Assembly (NCBI GenBank): GCA_045638805.1
Contig: JAZUBZ010000095.1
Coordinates: 885-64,884 of the forward strand
DNA: 64,000 nt
DNA from: Eubacteriales bacterium
GTDB lineage: Bacteria > Bacillota > Clostridia > Oscillospirales > CAG-272
Direction: 5' to 3'
The notes under the pieces were generated by a model. It saw only the letters and a list, made by a program, of their open reading frames with translations, was not told where the DNA came from and searched no databases. Made by a program: the position numbers and the translations under genes. Shown one piece after another: positions 9,676-19,020 of the stretch (the first letter of the stretch is position 1; each line of letters opens with the position of its first letter).

Positions 9676-9786
9676 GGGCATTTTTGTTAAAAGTCAAAAG
9701 CAACAAAATAAAATGCTATTGACTTTTTTTCCTTTCCGTGTTATCGTATATATGTATAAAAAACGTAAAAAGGCATGGGTCGTACA

Positions 9787-10383
9787 ATGAAAATTTACGA
9801 TATTTCACAAGAGGTATTATCATCAAAGGTGTACCCGGGAGATCCTGCTCCCGAGATGACTGATCTGCTCAGGATCTCCCGCGGAGACGTATGTAACCTG
9901 AGTTCCTTCAGTATGTGCGCGCACAACGGGACCCACGTTGACGCTCCCCTGCACTTTATCGCTGACGGTGCGGCTATCGATGAACTACCGCTTGATTCAA
10001 CTGTAGGATACACATACGTGGCAGAGCATTACGGTGTACTCTCCGCAGATGACGCGGATCTCATCATAAAAAAAGCCAAGGCTTCAGCTCACCCCATGTC
10101 TGCATCGCGCATACTCATCAAGGGTGAGGCAACGGTCTCAGCTGATGCCGCGAAAGCTTTTGCTGAAGGCGGCGTTTTACTTGTAGGAAATGAGTCGCAG
10201 ACCGTAGGTCCCGAAAACGCACCTGCCGAAGTACATAATATTTTACTTGGCAAAGGAATCGTACTGCTTGAGGGCATACGACTCGGTGAAGTAAGCGAGG
10301 GAGCATATTTTCTCTTTGCCGCTCCGCTTTCATTTAAAGGTTTTGACGGTTCACCCTGCAGAGCAGTACTTATAGGTAAGTAA
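9787..10383 (+). CDS. cyclase family protein (kynurenine/aryl-formamidase-like)
   Basis: HNGTHVDAPLH matches the HxGTHxDxPxH cyclase-family motif. Start set at MKIYDIS; an alternative ATG lies at 9775. Confidence 0.8.
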   Translation: MKIYDISQEVLSSKVYPGDPAPEMTDLLRISRGDVCNLSSFSMCAHNGTHVDAPLHFIADGAAIDELPLDSTVGYTYVAEHYGVLSADDADLIIKKAKASAHPMSASRILIKGEATVSADAAKAFAEGGVLLVGNESQTVGPENAPAEVHNILLGKGIVLLEGIRLGEVSEGAYFLFAAPLSFKGFDGSPCRAVLIGK

Positions 10384-10416
10384 ACAACAAATCTAAATAT
10401 ATTTTGGAGACGTACT

Positions 10417-12315
10417 ATGACAAAGGAAAAAAAGTATCTGATAGAAGTTGCGGAGAAAACGTGTATTCCCGCCCTCGAAAAGGCTATAAATAATTTTTTA
10501 GATAACAAGCCTTATCTTATTATCGATCACACAAGCTTCGAATGTACAAAGCTTGAAGAGCTTCTTCGACCCCTTTGGGGTATTGCTCCTCTCCTTGAGG
10601 AAAAGAGCTATACGATAACCGTGTGTGGCGAAAAGCGCGATCTTGCCGAGGCTATCCGTGCCGTTATACTTGAAGGCAGCCGCGAAGACTCCCCCAACTG
10701 CTTATCAAGATTTGCCGCAAACAGACAAGAGGATCTGTATGCAAACCAGATGATAACTGAGTTTGCAGGCTACTGCCTTGCTATCGTCCTTGCACCGAAT
10801 GCCCTGTGGAATCCTTATCCCGAGGAAGACAGAAAGTCCCTTGCAGCGTGGATAGGAAAGTGGGCGATCCGTGCACTCAAGCGCTCCTGGAGAAACAACC
10901 ACTTTTGGTTTCCCATGCTTGCGGTCTGCGCTCTTGAAAAGATGGGCATCGACTGCGGCGATGTTGAAGCAGATATGGCTGACGGATTCTCCGTACTCGA
11001 CACCATGTATATTTCCGACGGCTGGTATCAGGACGGTGAGTTCGGCAGATTTGATTTCTATCTCTCCTGGTCTCACCACGTATATCCGCTGCTTTGGTCA
11101 TTCCTTTCCGAAGGTACGCGCTTCTACGACGCTGAAAGAGCCAAGACATACAAAAAGCGTACAGCTGAATTCTTTGATTATTACACCCATATGTTCGACG
11201 TTGACGGAAGCGTTCCCGCATTCGGTCGTTCACTCAGCTACAGATTTGCTCAAAGCTCATATTTCGCTGCAGCAGCTTTTACCGACTGCGACGTAAACTA
11301 CGGCCTTGCCAGACGTATCCTCGTAAAAAACGTGTCCTACTTCATGGATAACATGATCCACACAGATGACGATGTTTTACCTCCCGGATACTTGTACAGT
11401 TCCCCCGCCATTGTTGAAAACTACACGTCTTCCGGTGGCGCATACTGGTGTGCAAAGACATTCCTTGTTCTCGCGCTTCCCGACGATCACCCCTTCTGGA
11501 CCGCACCTGACGAACAAATGCCCTCCGAAAAGGGAGACTTCCTGATCAATTCACCTGTAGAAAACATAAACATGGTTCTCGAAAACAGCCGTGCGGCAGG
11601 TGTTACCCTTTACAACAATACTTCAAGATACTACAATTTTAATTACGGTTACTGCGGTCTTTTCAATGATATGGCTGCAATGTACACTAAGTTCCTTTAC
11701 AACTCCCGCGCGGGATTCGGACTTGCATCCGCTGACATGATGTCAGCCGACAACACTATTTGTCTGCAGACGTGGGATGCTCTTATGGCGTCAAGACGCT
11801 GTGCGGTAGTTGACGAGGGAATCAAGGATGGATTCCTCGTGTCCTCACACAAGCCCTTTTCTAATGACAAGGATTCCGTGATCAAATCATGGGTTCTCCC
11901 ACTTGGTGATGGCTTCCACGTAAGAGCACATAAGGTGACCCTTGCGAACGAATACAACGTGATCGAGGGCGGTATGTCTATCGGAAACTACGATGACGGA
12001 AGCATCATAGACGTCAACCCCGACTACATTGCTTACAGCGACAACAAGAGTAGATACAGTAAGATGCACACTGTATCCGATGCTCCCTTTAACTACAGCA
12101 TCCGTTATCACATGCCCGGAATGCATCTTCTGGCTCCCACCAGCGGGTATCCCTCTTATACAACAGAACTGCTCGCTCCCGGCACGTATCACTTCGCATC
12201 CGTATTTTTCTTTACAACTGAGGAAACAGACGTAGAGATGCCTGTAATAAGCCTTGACGGAAACAAGCTTACCGTAAGCTACAAGGGCAAAACATGGACA
12301 GCTGTACTTGAGTGA
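10417..12315 (+). CDS. DUF2264-like protein (uncharacterised, probably alpha/alpha-barrel carbohydrate enzyme)
   Basis: 632 aa. GRSLSYRFAQ and the general layout recall the DUF2264 family. Assigned from memory, not searched. Confidence 0.7.
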   Translation: MTKEKKYLIEVAEKTCIPALEKAINNFLDNKPYLIIDHTSFECTKLEELLRPLWGIAPLLEEKSYTITVCGEKRDLAEAIRAVILEGSREDSPNCLSRFAANRQEDLYANQMITEFAGYCLAIVLAPNALWNPYPEEDRKSLAAWIGKWAIRALKRSWRNNHFWFPMLAVCALEKMGIDCGDVEADMADGFSVLDTMYISDGWYQDGEFGRFDFYLSWSHHVYPLLWSFLSEGTRFYDAERAKTYKKRTAEFFDYYTHMFDVDGSVPAFGRSLSYRFAQSSYFAAAAFTDCDVNYGLARRILVKNVSYFMDNMIHTDDDVLPPGYLYSSPAIVENYTSSGGAYWCAKTFLVLALPDDHPFWTAPDEQMPSEKGDFLINSPVENINMVLENSRAAGVTLYNNTSRYYNFNYGYCGLFNDMAAMYTKFLYNSRAGFGLASADMMSADNTICLQTWDALMASRRCAVVDEGIKDGFLVSSHKPFSNDKDSVIKSWVLPLGDGFHVRAHKVTLANEYNVIEGGMSIGNYDDGSIIDVNPDYIAYSDNKSRYSKMHTVSDAPFNYSIRYHMPGMHLLAPTSGYPSYTTELLAPGTYHFASVFFFTTEETDVEMPVISLDGNKLTVSYKGKTWTAVLE

Positions 12316-12322
12316 GGTAAAC

Positions 12323-13330
12323 ATGAAACTACTCATCACCATACCCGAGGGAGAGCTCAGACACAGCTTTATCAGTGAAAAAACTGTAGAGCTTTTAAGT
12401 GAGCACTTCGAGGTACATTTTAACGAAACAGGAAAAAACTACGTGGCAGAAGAGCTTGCAGCTGCAGGACGTGACATGGACGTCATCATGACAGGCTGGG
12501 GAACCGCTTCTCTCACTGAGGCAGGACTTACAGGTAAAAATACTAAGCTGAAGCTTCTCGTACACACTGGCGGAAGTGTCGGTGATCTTATCGACGGCAC
12601 TGCCTACGAAAACGGAGTCACCGTTATCAGCGGAAACAAGATGTACGCTGAGTCCACTGCAGAAGGTGCTTTGACTTACATTCTCTCTGCTCTCCGTTAC
12701 ATCCCCGACGACGTTACGTCAATGCGCGACGGCGGGTACTGGGCCAGCCCATATCTTACAAGGGGACTTATCGGTAAGACGGTAGGTATCATCGGTGTAG
12801 GTGCCGTCTCCCGTAATCTTATGCGATATATGAAGCCTTTCGGCGTGAATATCAAGGTGTGGGACAACTATAACGTGGATCCCGAATTTCTCGCTGAGGT
12901 CGGTGCTATACAAACCACATTTGAAGAAGTTCTTTCCACCTGCGACATCGTATCTGTTCATGCCGCACTGAGAGAAAACACCAAGGGCCTTATCGGAAAG
13001 CATGAGCTTTCCCTCATCCGTGACGGTGCGCTGTTTGTAAACACATCCCGCGGTCCCATAATCGACGAGGAAGCGCTTACACGAGAGCTTGAAAATGGGC
13101 GTATCATGGCTGTGCTTGACGTATTCACAAGAGAGCCCCTCTCTGCGGACAGTCCCCTTCGCAAGATGAAAAACGTATATCTTATCCCACACAAAGCGGG
13201 GCCTACCTACGATATGCGCGCCTTGATTGGCTACAGACTTGCAGAGGATGCTGTACGGTTTCTCTCAGGCGCTCCCTTAACTTACGAGATCAAAGCCGAT
13301 GCCGCAGGAAGAATGACCAAGCACGGCTGA
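12323..13330 (+). CDS. D-isomer-specific 2-hydroxyacid dehydrogenase family, NAD-binding
   Basis: GKTVGIIGVGAVSRNL Rossmann motif, and the SVHAALRENTKGLI and NTSRGPIIDE motifs. ATG at 12323 is preceded by GAGG. Confidence 0.85.
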   Translation: MKLLITIPEGELRHSFISEKTVELLSEHFEVHFNETGKNYVAEELAAAGRDMDVIMTGWGTASLTEAGLTGKNTKLKLLVHTGGSVGDLIDGTAYENGVTVISGNKMYAESTAEGALTYILSALRYIPDDVTSMRDGGYWASPYLTRGLIGKTVGIIGVGAVSRNLMRYMKPFGVNIKVWDNYNVDPEFLAEVGAIQTTFEEVLSTCDIVSVHAALRENTKGLIGKHELSLIRDGALFVNTSRGPIIDEEALTRELENGRIMAVLDVFTREPLSADSPLRKMKNVYLIPHKAGPTYDMRALIGYRLAEDAVRFLSGAPLTYEIKADAAGRMTKHG

Positions 13331-13351
13331 TGACAGGAATTGGAGACTGAT

Positions 13352-14146
13352 ATGAAAACTGCTTTTTCAACGTTATGCTGTCTTGACTATTCGCTTGATG
13401 ATATTCTCGAGCTTGCCGCAAGCTGTAAGATGGATGCGATCGAACTGAGAGTTGACGACAGAATGCTCGAAAATATTAGCGGCGCCTCATCTTGGGGTGC
13501 CCGTGTCCGTGAAGCAGGCATCAAAGTATGTGACATAGCATCAAGCATATTTATACTTGACGGGAATCTGACCGACAAGGCACAAGCTTACATTAATCTT
13601 GCACGTGACGTAGGCGCAGGAGCTGTCCGAATATTCGCGGGAAGAATGCCGAAAAGCCTCGATAATACAGAAATATGTAACCTTAAGGATATCGCAATCG
13701 CTTTAAAAAAGCTTTGCGATATGGCTGAGGAGGCGGGAATTGAAGTATGGCTTGAGACTCACAGCGAGTTTTCCACAGGAAAAAGAAGTAGTGAGCTGGT
13801 GAATGCCGTAGATATGCCTAACTTAAAAATACTTTGGGACGTGCTCCACAGCCTTGAGTTCGGCGAGAGCCTCGACGAAAGTATTTCTAATATTGGTGAT
13901 AAGCTTGCCCACGTACATATAAAGGATGCCCGTCTTCCCGAAGGAGAAACTTTTGTATATCCACTTTGCGACCTTGGGGACGGAGTTTTTCCCATCAGTG
14001 AGCTTAAAGAAAAGCTTGATGCTATCGGCTACGACGGTTACTACTCCCTTGAATGGGAGTCTCCCTGGTGTCCCGAGATCAGAGACATCTATCCCGATCC
14101 CCACGTGCTTTTAAAACGATACAACGACTATTTACTTGAGGTATAA
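13352..14146 (+). CDS. sugar phosphate isomerase/epimerase (xylose-isomerase-like TIM barrel)
   Basis: Typical family layout (IELR, VRIFAG, LETH, HVHIKD, SLEWE). ATG at 13352 follows GGAG. Confidence 0.8.
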   Translation: MKTAFSTLCCLDYSLDDILELAASCKMDAIELRVDDRMLENISGASSWGARVREAGIKVCDIASSIFILDGNLTDKAQAYINLARDVGAGAVRIFAGRMPKSLDNTEICNLKDIAIALKKLCDMAEEAGIEVWLETHSEFSTGKRSSELVNAVDMPNLKILWDVLHSLEFGESLDESISNIGDKLAHVHIKDARLPEGETFVYPLCDLGDGVFPISELKEKLDAIGYDGYYSLEWESPWCPEIRDIYPDPHVLLKRYNDYLLEV

Positions 14147-14150
14147 AAAT

Positions 14151-15077
14151 ATGAAAGTTATTTCCATTGCCGCAAACGAATCCCGTTTCTACGGTAAAAC
14201 ACAGATGCAGATGCTTGATTGGTACCGTGAAAAGTGCCGCGAGTGCGTTACCCTCAAACCAGATATGCTGATCTTCCCCGAAACTCAGCTTTGGATGTAT
14301 GCCGCAAACGAGCCCCTCACCTTCGGTGAGTTTTACCCCATCGCTGTTGAAGCTATGCAGGAAATGGCGCGTATGCTTTCCTCATACGTGGTATTCAATC
14401 TCTATGAGCCTCACGACGAATACCCCGATATGAGACATATCACCACACTCGTCCTTGACAGAAAGGGCGAGATCGCGGGCAAGTACCGCAAGATGCACAC
14501 GGTTCCCTGCGAATCTCTTGAGCACAAGGCTGTGCCAGGCATTGAGCCTTGTGTGGTAGACACCGAGTTCGGTAAGATAGGTATCGCGACCTGCTTTGAC
14601 ATCGGTTGGAGATGGTATTGGCAAGCTCTTGAGGACGCAGGCGTAAAGGCTGTACTTTGGCTTGCGGCTTACGACGGCGGAAGACTTCTTGACACATATG
14701 CTATCCACCATATGTACTGGGTCATCACAAGTGTTCGCACCTACAGAGCAAGAGTTATCGACCCCGTTGGCACAACGGTTGCTGAAAGTGCACGCTGGGA
14801 CGATATGTGCATTTATGACGTTGACCTTGATCTTGAAGTGTTCCACATCGACGAACAGTTCCCCAAGATCGCAAAGATCCGCGCGGCTCTCGGCGACAAG
14901 GTTGTCATCAACGCACTTTCCGAAGACAACGTATTCACGATATCTTCGAAGGACCCCGAGTGGCCTATTGACAGAATAAAGAAGGAATTCTCCCTTGTAA
15001 CCTACAAGGAATATCACGCAGAGTCCGAAAGACTCCAAAAGGAGTGGCGTGAGAAGTACATGGGTGTTAAATCATGA
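14151..15077 (+). CDS. carbon-nitrogen hydrolase (nitrilase superfamily) protein
   Basis: Candidate Glu-Lys-Cys triad in the contexts FPETQ, YRKMH and ATCFDIGW. Confidence 0.8.
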   Translation: MKVISIAANESRFYGKTQMQMLDWYREKCRECVTLKPDMLIFPETQLWMYAANEPLTFGEFYPIAVEAMQEMARMLSSYVVFNLYEPHDEYPDMRHITTLVLDRKGEIAGKYRKMHTVPCESLEHKAVPGIEPCVVDTEFGKIGIATCFDIGWRWYWQALEDAGVKAVLWLAAYDGGRLLDTYAIHHMYWVITSVRTYRARVIDPVGTTVAESARWDDMCIYDVDLDLEVFHIDEQFPKIAKIRAALGDKVVINALSEDNVFTISSKDPEWPIDRIKKEFSLVTYKEYHAESERLQKEWREKYMGVKS

Positions 15078-15607
15078 ATTTCAGAGAAATAGCGGAAACA
15101 AGACAATCATGCAGAGCGTACGACCCTGCACGTCCCATCGAGGACGAAAAGCTTAAGCGCATTCTTGAAAGCGGTGCGCTGTCACCGTCAGCGTGTAACG
15201 GACAACCGTATCACATTACGGTTTGCAAGGGGGAGTACGCCAAGAAGGTTGCAAAGGCAGTAATGGGTATGGGAATGAACCGCTTTGCGGCGGACGCACC
15301 CGTGCTTCTTGTCATATCCGAAAAGCCCTACGTTGCTACCGCAGCACTTGGCGCGAAGCGCAAGGGTATCGACTACCGCTCCATCGATATCGGAATCCTC
15401 GGTGCGTATCTTACGGCAGAGGCGGCATCTCAAGGGATCGGTTCATGTATCCTCGGCTGGCTTGACAATGCTAAGATACGTGAGATATGCTCCCTCGACG
15501 GAGATGCAAAAATGGTCATAACCCTCGGTTATCCCAAAGAGGGAGACCGTATTCGTACAAAGAAGCGTAAAAGCTTTGACGAGCTGTTCACTGTTCTTGA
15601 TGACTGA
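15074..15607 (+). CDS. nitroreductase family protein
   Basis: RQSCRAYD start motif and SPSACNGQP. ATGA overlap with the upstream gene. Confidence 0.85.
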   Translation: MNFREIAETRQSCRAYDPARPIEDEKLKRILESGALSPSACNGQPYHITVCKGEYAKKVAKAVMGMGMNRFAADAPVLLVISEKPYVATAALGAKRKGIDYRSIDIGILGAYLTAEAASQGIGSCILGWLDNAKIREICSLDGDAKMVITLGYPKEGDRIRTKKRKSFDELFTVLDD

Positions 15608-15618
15608 TATGACAGACT

Positions 15619-16395
15619 ATGAAGATAATATGCTTAGTCGAAAACACCTCATCGCGTGATGACATCGCATCCGAACACGGACTTTCCCTTTACGTTGAGG
15701 CTGCAGGTAAAAAGATTCTGTTTGACATGGGACAGACGGACATTTTCCTCCGAAATGCTGAAAAGCTGAACGTGGACTTAACGGACGTTGACATTGCCGT
15801 ACTCTCCCACGGACACTATGACCACGGCGGTGGTCTGTCAGCTTTCCTTGAAGTAAACCGTAAAGCCCCTGTGTACGTGAGTAGATACGTTTTTCTTCCC
15901 TACTATAACGGGCAGGAAAAGTATATCGGACTTGATACAACACTACAAGATAACGATAGGATAGTGTTTACCGACGGCACGGTAATCATCGCAGACGGTG
16001 TCACGCTGTATCCGCATTCTGCCATCACACTCTCCCGTCCCATTTTATCCGGTGGGCTAAACAAGGTCGAAGACGGTATACTGGTGCCCGATGATTTTAT
16101 GCACGAGCAGTATATGATGATATGCGAAAACGGCAAAAAGTTGCTCATCAGCGGCTGCTCCCACCGCGGCATATATAATATTGCGACAAGCTTTTCCCCG
16201 GACGTACTAATAGGCGGATTCCATTTTTCAAAGTTTCCTTTGGACGAGGTTCTTGTAAAGTACGCTGATAGGCTTGGAAGCTTTGATACGGACTACTACA
16301 CCTGCCACTGTACCGGCGAGGCTCAGTTTGAGTTAATGAAGTCACGTATGGAAAGGCTCAGTTATCTGCACGGCGGAGATGTGATAGAGTTGTAA
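15619..16395 (+). CDS. MBL-fold metallo-hydrolase
   Basis: SHGHYDHGGG (HxHxDH) metal-binding motif. Confidence 0.85.
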   Translation: MKIICLVENTSSRDDIASEHGLSLYVEAAGKKILFDMGQTDIFLRNAEKLNVDLTDVDIAVLSHGHYDHGGGLSAFLEVNRKAPVYVSRYVFLPYYNGQEKYIGLDTTLQDNDRIVFTDGTVIIADGVTLYPHSAITLSRPILSGGLNKVEDGILVPDDFMHEQYMMICENGKKLLISGCSHRGIYNIATSFSPDVLIGGFHFSKFPLDEVLVKYADRLGSFDTDYYTCHCTGEAQFELMKSRMERLSYLHGGDVIEL

Positions 16396-16523
16396 ACATG
16401 CGTGTTTCCACGTTAATCTAACAGAACTAAATACAAACGGCGGTGCACGCGACAGAGCTGATTTTAAAAGCATGTCACATCACCGCCATATTTTTCATAA
16501 TTTTACAAAAAAAAAAAACGCGC

Positions 16524-16546
16524 AACCTTTTTATTTTTCGTGCGAC
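16524..16546 (+). promoter_or_regulatory. candidate ECF-type autoregulated promoter
   Basis: AAC (16524-16526), a 16-nt spacer, then CGAC (16543-16546). An A12 tract lies just upstream. It is about 40 nt before the sigma gene ATG. Confidence 0.35.
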
Positions 16547-16584
16547 TAATAAGTGGAAGACAAAACTGAAAGGAGGGACAGACA

Positions 16585-17151
16585 ATGACTCAAACGGACG
16601 TTAGCATGAATTTATATTTAAGCTACATAGGCGGAGAAAACAACGCCCTTGGAGAGCTTATAAACATTCACGGCGCAAGCCTCGTATTGTTTATTAACCG
16701 CTACGTGAACAATATAGGCGTGGCAGAGGAGTTGATGGTTGACACGTTCTGCGACCTGGTATTAAAGAAACCGCGTTTCAAAGGAAATTCCACCTTTAAA
16801 ACGTATCTCTTTAAGATCGCAAAAAACAAAGCGATAAGCTACATAAGGTACGTCTCCCGTCACGGTACAGTACCGCTTACCGACATTGAAAACGAGCTTC
16901 GGGACACTGTTACCTTAGAAGAGATGGTAATAGAGAACGAAGAAAAGCGTGCTGTGCTGCACGCTATGAGCCGTCTCAGCGCAGACCACGCCACCGTGTT
17001 ACAACTGATCTATTTTGAGGAATTGTCCCACGCAGACGCCGCTTTCATTATGCGTCGCACGGCAGGTCAGATAAAGGCGCTCGTATACCGTGCAAGGCAG
17101 GCGTTGAAAATCGAGCTTGAAAAAGGAGGTTACGTTTATGAAGAAGGTTGA
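16585..17151 (+). CDS. ECF-type RNA polymerase sigma-70 family factor
   Basis: Region 2 (FKTYLFKIAKNKAISYIR) and a region 4 HTH (LSHADAAFIMRRTAGQIKALVYRARQAL). Confidence 0.85.
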   Translation: MTQTDVSMNLYLSYIGGENNALGELINIHGASLVLFINRYVNNIGVAEELMVDTFCDLVLKKPRFKGNSTFKTYLFKIAKNKAISYIRYVSRHGTVPLTDIENELRDTVTLEEMVIENEEKRAVLHAMSRLSADHATVLQLIYFEELSHADAAFIMRRTAGQIKALVYRARQALKIELEKGGYVYEEG

Positions 17152-18958
17152 AGAATGGATAGCTGAAGCTGAAGAAAAGATAGCAGAAGGAAGAAAGCGG
17201 CAAAAGATTCGCGCAGAACGGATAAAAAAAGCGACCGTCATTATGTCATGTCTTGTGTTGCTCATAGGCGTAGCGTTTGCAGTTCCTTACGCTATGAAGG
17301 ATGACAGCGGTGTTATTCCCCCCGATGTTCTGACTGACGTTGACAGCGGCACAAATATAAGTACCGAAAGCAGCGAAACAGTGCCAAACACCACCGCAGA
17401 TGCCACGGAAAGTACCCCTGCGGAAAGTACCGAGCAGCCGACCCCATGGCCCATTGGAACCGTGAGCTACAAAAATGAGGACGGAACGTATTCTTGGGAT
17501 GATACAAAAGCGGATGATATAGGCGGAACTCCATATGTTTGTCCCGAGGGGCATTATTTAGGAGGGCATGCTTACGGAGCTTATCACCATGATTTCCCTA
17601 TAAGCTTGATAAAAAGTCTTCCCGAATATGAAGAGGACAACAGTTATTATAAAAAGCGCTACTATGCCCTAAAGAACTACAGTGTTCGATATCTGTGTAA
17701 CGATAATACTATAAAATCTTTTATTGACGAGTATAATATTACAAGAGAGCATTTTGATAAGTACGTAGATCTTGTGCGGTTTTATTCTTATAATCTCGAT
17801 ATTCTTTTCGGAGACAAAGAAACTGCTGACGAATATTACAAATACTATTACGTATTTGAAGAACGAGGAGAAATGGCTCAGAACTATACTTGGCTAACGG
17901 CAGTTATCGCAAACAAATACAATATGCACGACCGTAAGGATGAACTTGGGTGGCTTGGAAACGGTAAATTAGAGGACGGCACTGACCGATACTACGATGC
18001 CAGTCTGCCTGAAATTGCATATATGTTGAAGTTGTCAAGAGAGGAACTGGAAGCCCTGGTCATAGAAGTCTCGGAAGAAGAGGAGCTTAGTCTGCACTTT
18101 GACTATGACTTCAGCGTGATCTATGATGAAGACGGAAACTTCAGAGAAGAGCTGTCCGCCTTTGACGTTAATAATTCAGCTCCGGAGGAAATAATGCTTA
18201 AATCCTCTGAATTAGGCGAAAGATTCTGCAGGATATACGATTGGAAGGATCCTGAAAGCTTCAACGATACGTTTTATGAAGATAATAAGAGTTATTTTGA
18301 AAGTGAACCCTCTCCCCAATACGTTTGTGACTGCCAATGTATCAATGAATTAGGTTGGGATATTTATCTTTACTACTATCCGGACAATGACTCTGAGGTC
18401 AAAAATGATCTTAACAGCTACAGCAAGTTTTTACTTAAATCCCTTATCAATAAGTTAGATATATCAGAAGAAGAATTTGCCTCTCATTTAAAAATATGCA
18501 TTGACGACAGAAATTTGCGTTATTGGATATCGGATGCAAGTTACTATGATTATACTCTGCTGCGTTACGGTACGGACGATGAAATAGAAGCACTCTATTC
18601 AAACTTTGAACATAGGAAAGCTCATTATAAATCTATGTCACTGACACGGTTACGTATTTTCACGACAAACTATTATAGTGATTCTGAGGGAAATTCCTTA
18701 AGAAGGTACGGTTCTTTATCAATTCCCGAAATAGTTCAAAAAGGCGATATAAGCAAAGAAGAACTGGTCGTAATAATTGAAGAAGTCAGACGAAGAGAAG
18801 AACCTACCCAGATATATTACGGCGGTGAATACCTGACATATGATTACAATCTTGACGTAATTTACAATGAAGACGGCTCCTTCCGCGATCTGTCGAGGTA
18901 TGATACGCCCACCCTTGAGCGGATGTTCTGCGGTCTTTTGGAAGATTCTGCGGATTAA
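17138..18958 (+). CDS. single-pass membrane protein, candidate anti-sigma factor with duplicated extracytoplasmic domain
   Basis: Overlaps the sigma gene stop by 14 nt, with AAAGGAGG 8 nt before the ATG at 17138. Charged N-terminus, one TM (VIMSCLVLLIGVAFAVPYA), a Thr/Ser/Pro linker, then two homologous segments of about 200 aa. Confidence 0.7.
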   Translation: MKKVEEWIAEAEEKIAEGRKRQKIRAERIKKATVIMSCLVLLIGVAFAVPYAMKDDSGVIPPDVLTDVDSGTNISTESSETVPNTTADATESTPAESTEQPTPWPIGTVSYKNEDGTYSWDDTKADDIGGTPYVCPEGHYLGGHAYGAYHHDFPISLIKSLPEYEEDNSYYKKRYYALKNYSVRYLCNDNTIKSFIDEYNITREHFDKYVDLVRFYSYNLDILFGDKETADEYYKYYYVFEERGEMAQNYTWLTAVIANKYNMHDRKDELGWLGNGKLEDGTDRYYDASLPEIAYMLKLSREELEALVIEVSEEEELSLHFDYDFSVIYDEDGNFREELSAFDVNNSAPEEIMLKSSELGERFCRIYDWKDPESFNDTFYEDNKSYFESEPSPQYVCDCQCINELGWDIYLYYYPDNDSEVKNDLNSYSKFLLKSLINKLDISEEEFASHLKICIDDRNLRYWISDASYYDYTLLRYGTDDEIEALYSNFEHRKAHYKSMSLTRLRIFTTNYYSDSEGNSLRRYGSLSIPEIVQKGDISKEELVVIIEEVRRREEPTQIYYGGEYLTYDYNLDVIYNEDGSFRDLSRYDTPTLERMFCGLLEDSAD

Positions 18959-18966
18959 CACACACG

Positions 18967-19007
18967 AAAAATCCCGTGAGGATCAAATTTCCTCACGGGA
19001 TTTTTTT
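18967..19007. terminator. bidirectional terminator between convergent genes
   Basis: AAAAATCCCGTGAGG, 9 nt, CCTCACGGGATTTTT. Confidence 0.85.
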
Positions 19008-19020
19008 ATTATATATTGTC

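Noticed and set aside
9508-9730. GTCAAAG repeats as possible iterons or a mini-CRISPR.
   Set aside because: The heptad spacing and sequence match the CtsR operator consensus, and the repeats sit in front of ctsR.
16507-16518. A12 homopolymer upstream of the first sigma gene as a possible phase-variation tract.
   Set aside because: It lies upstream of the candidate -35 rather than within the promoter spacer or a coding region. It is more likely an UP-element-like A tract.
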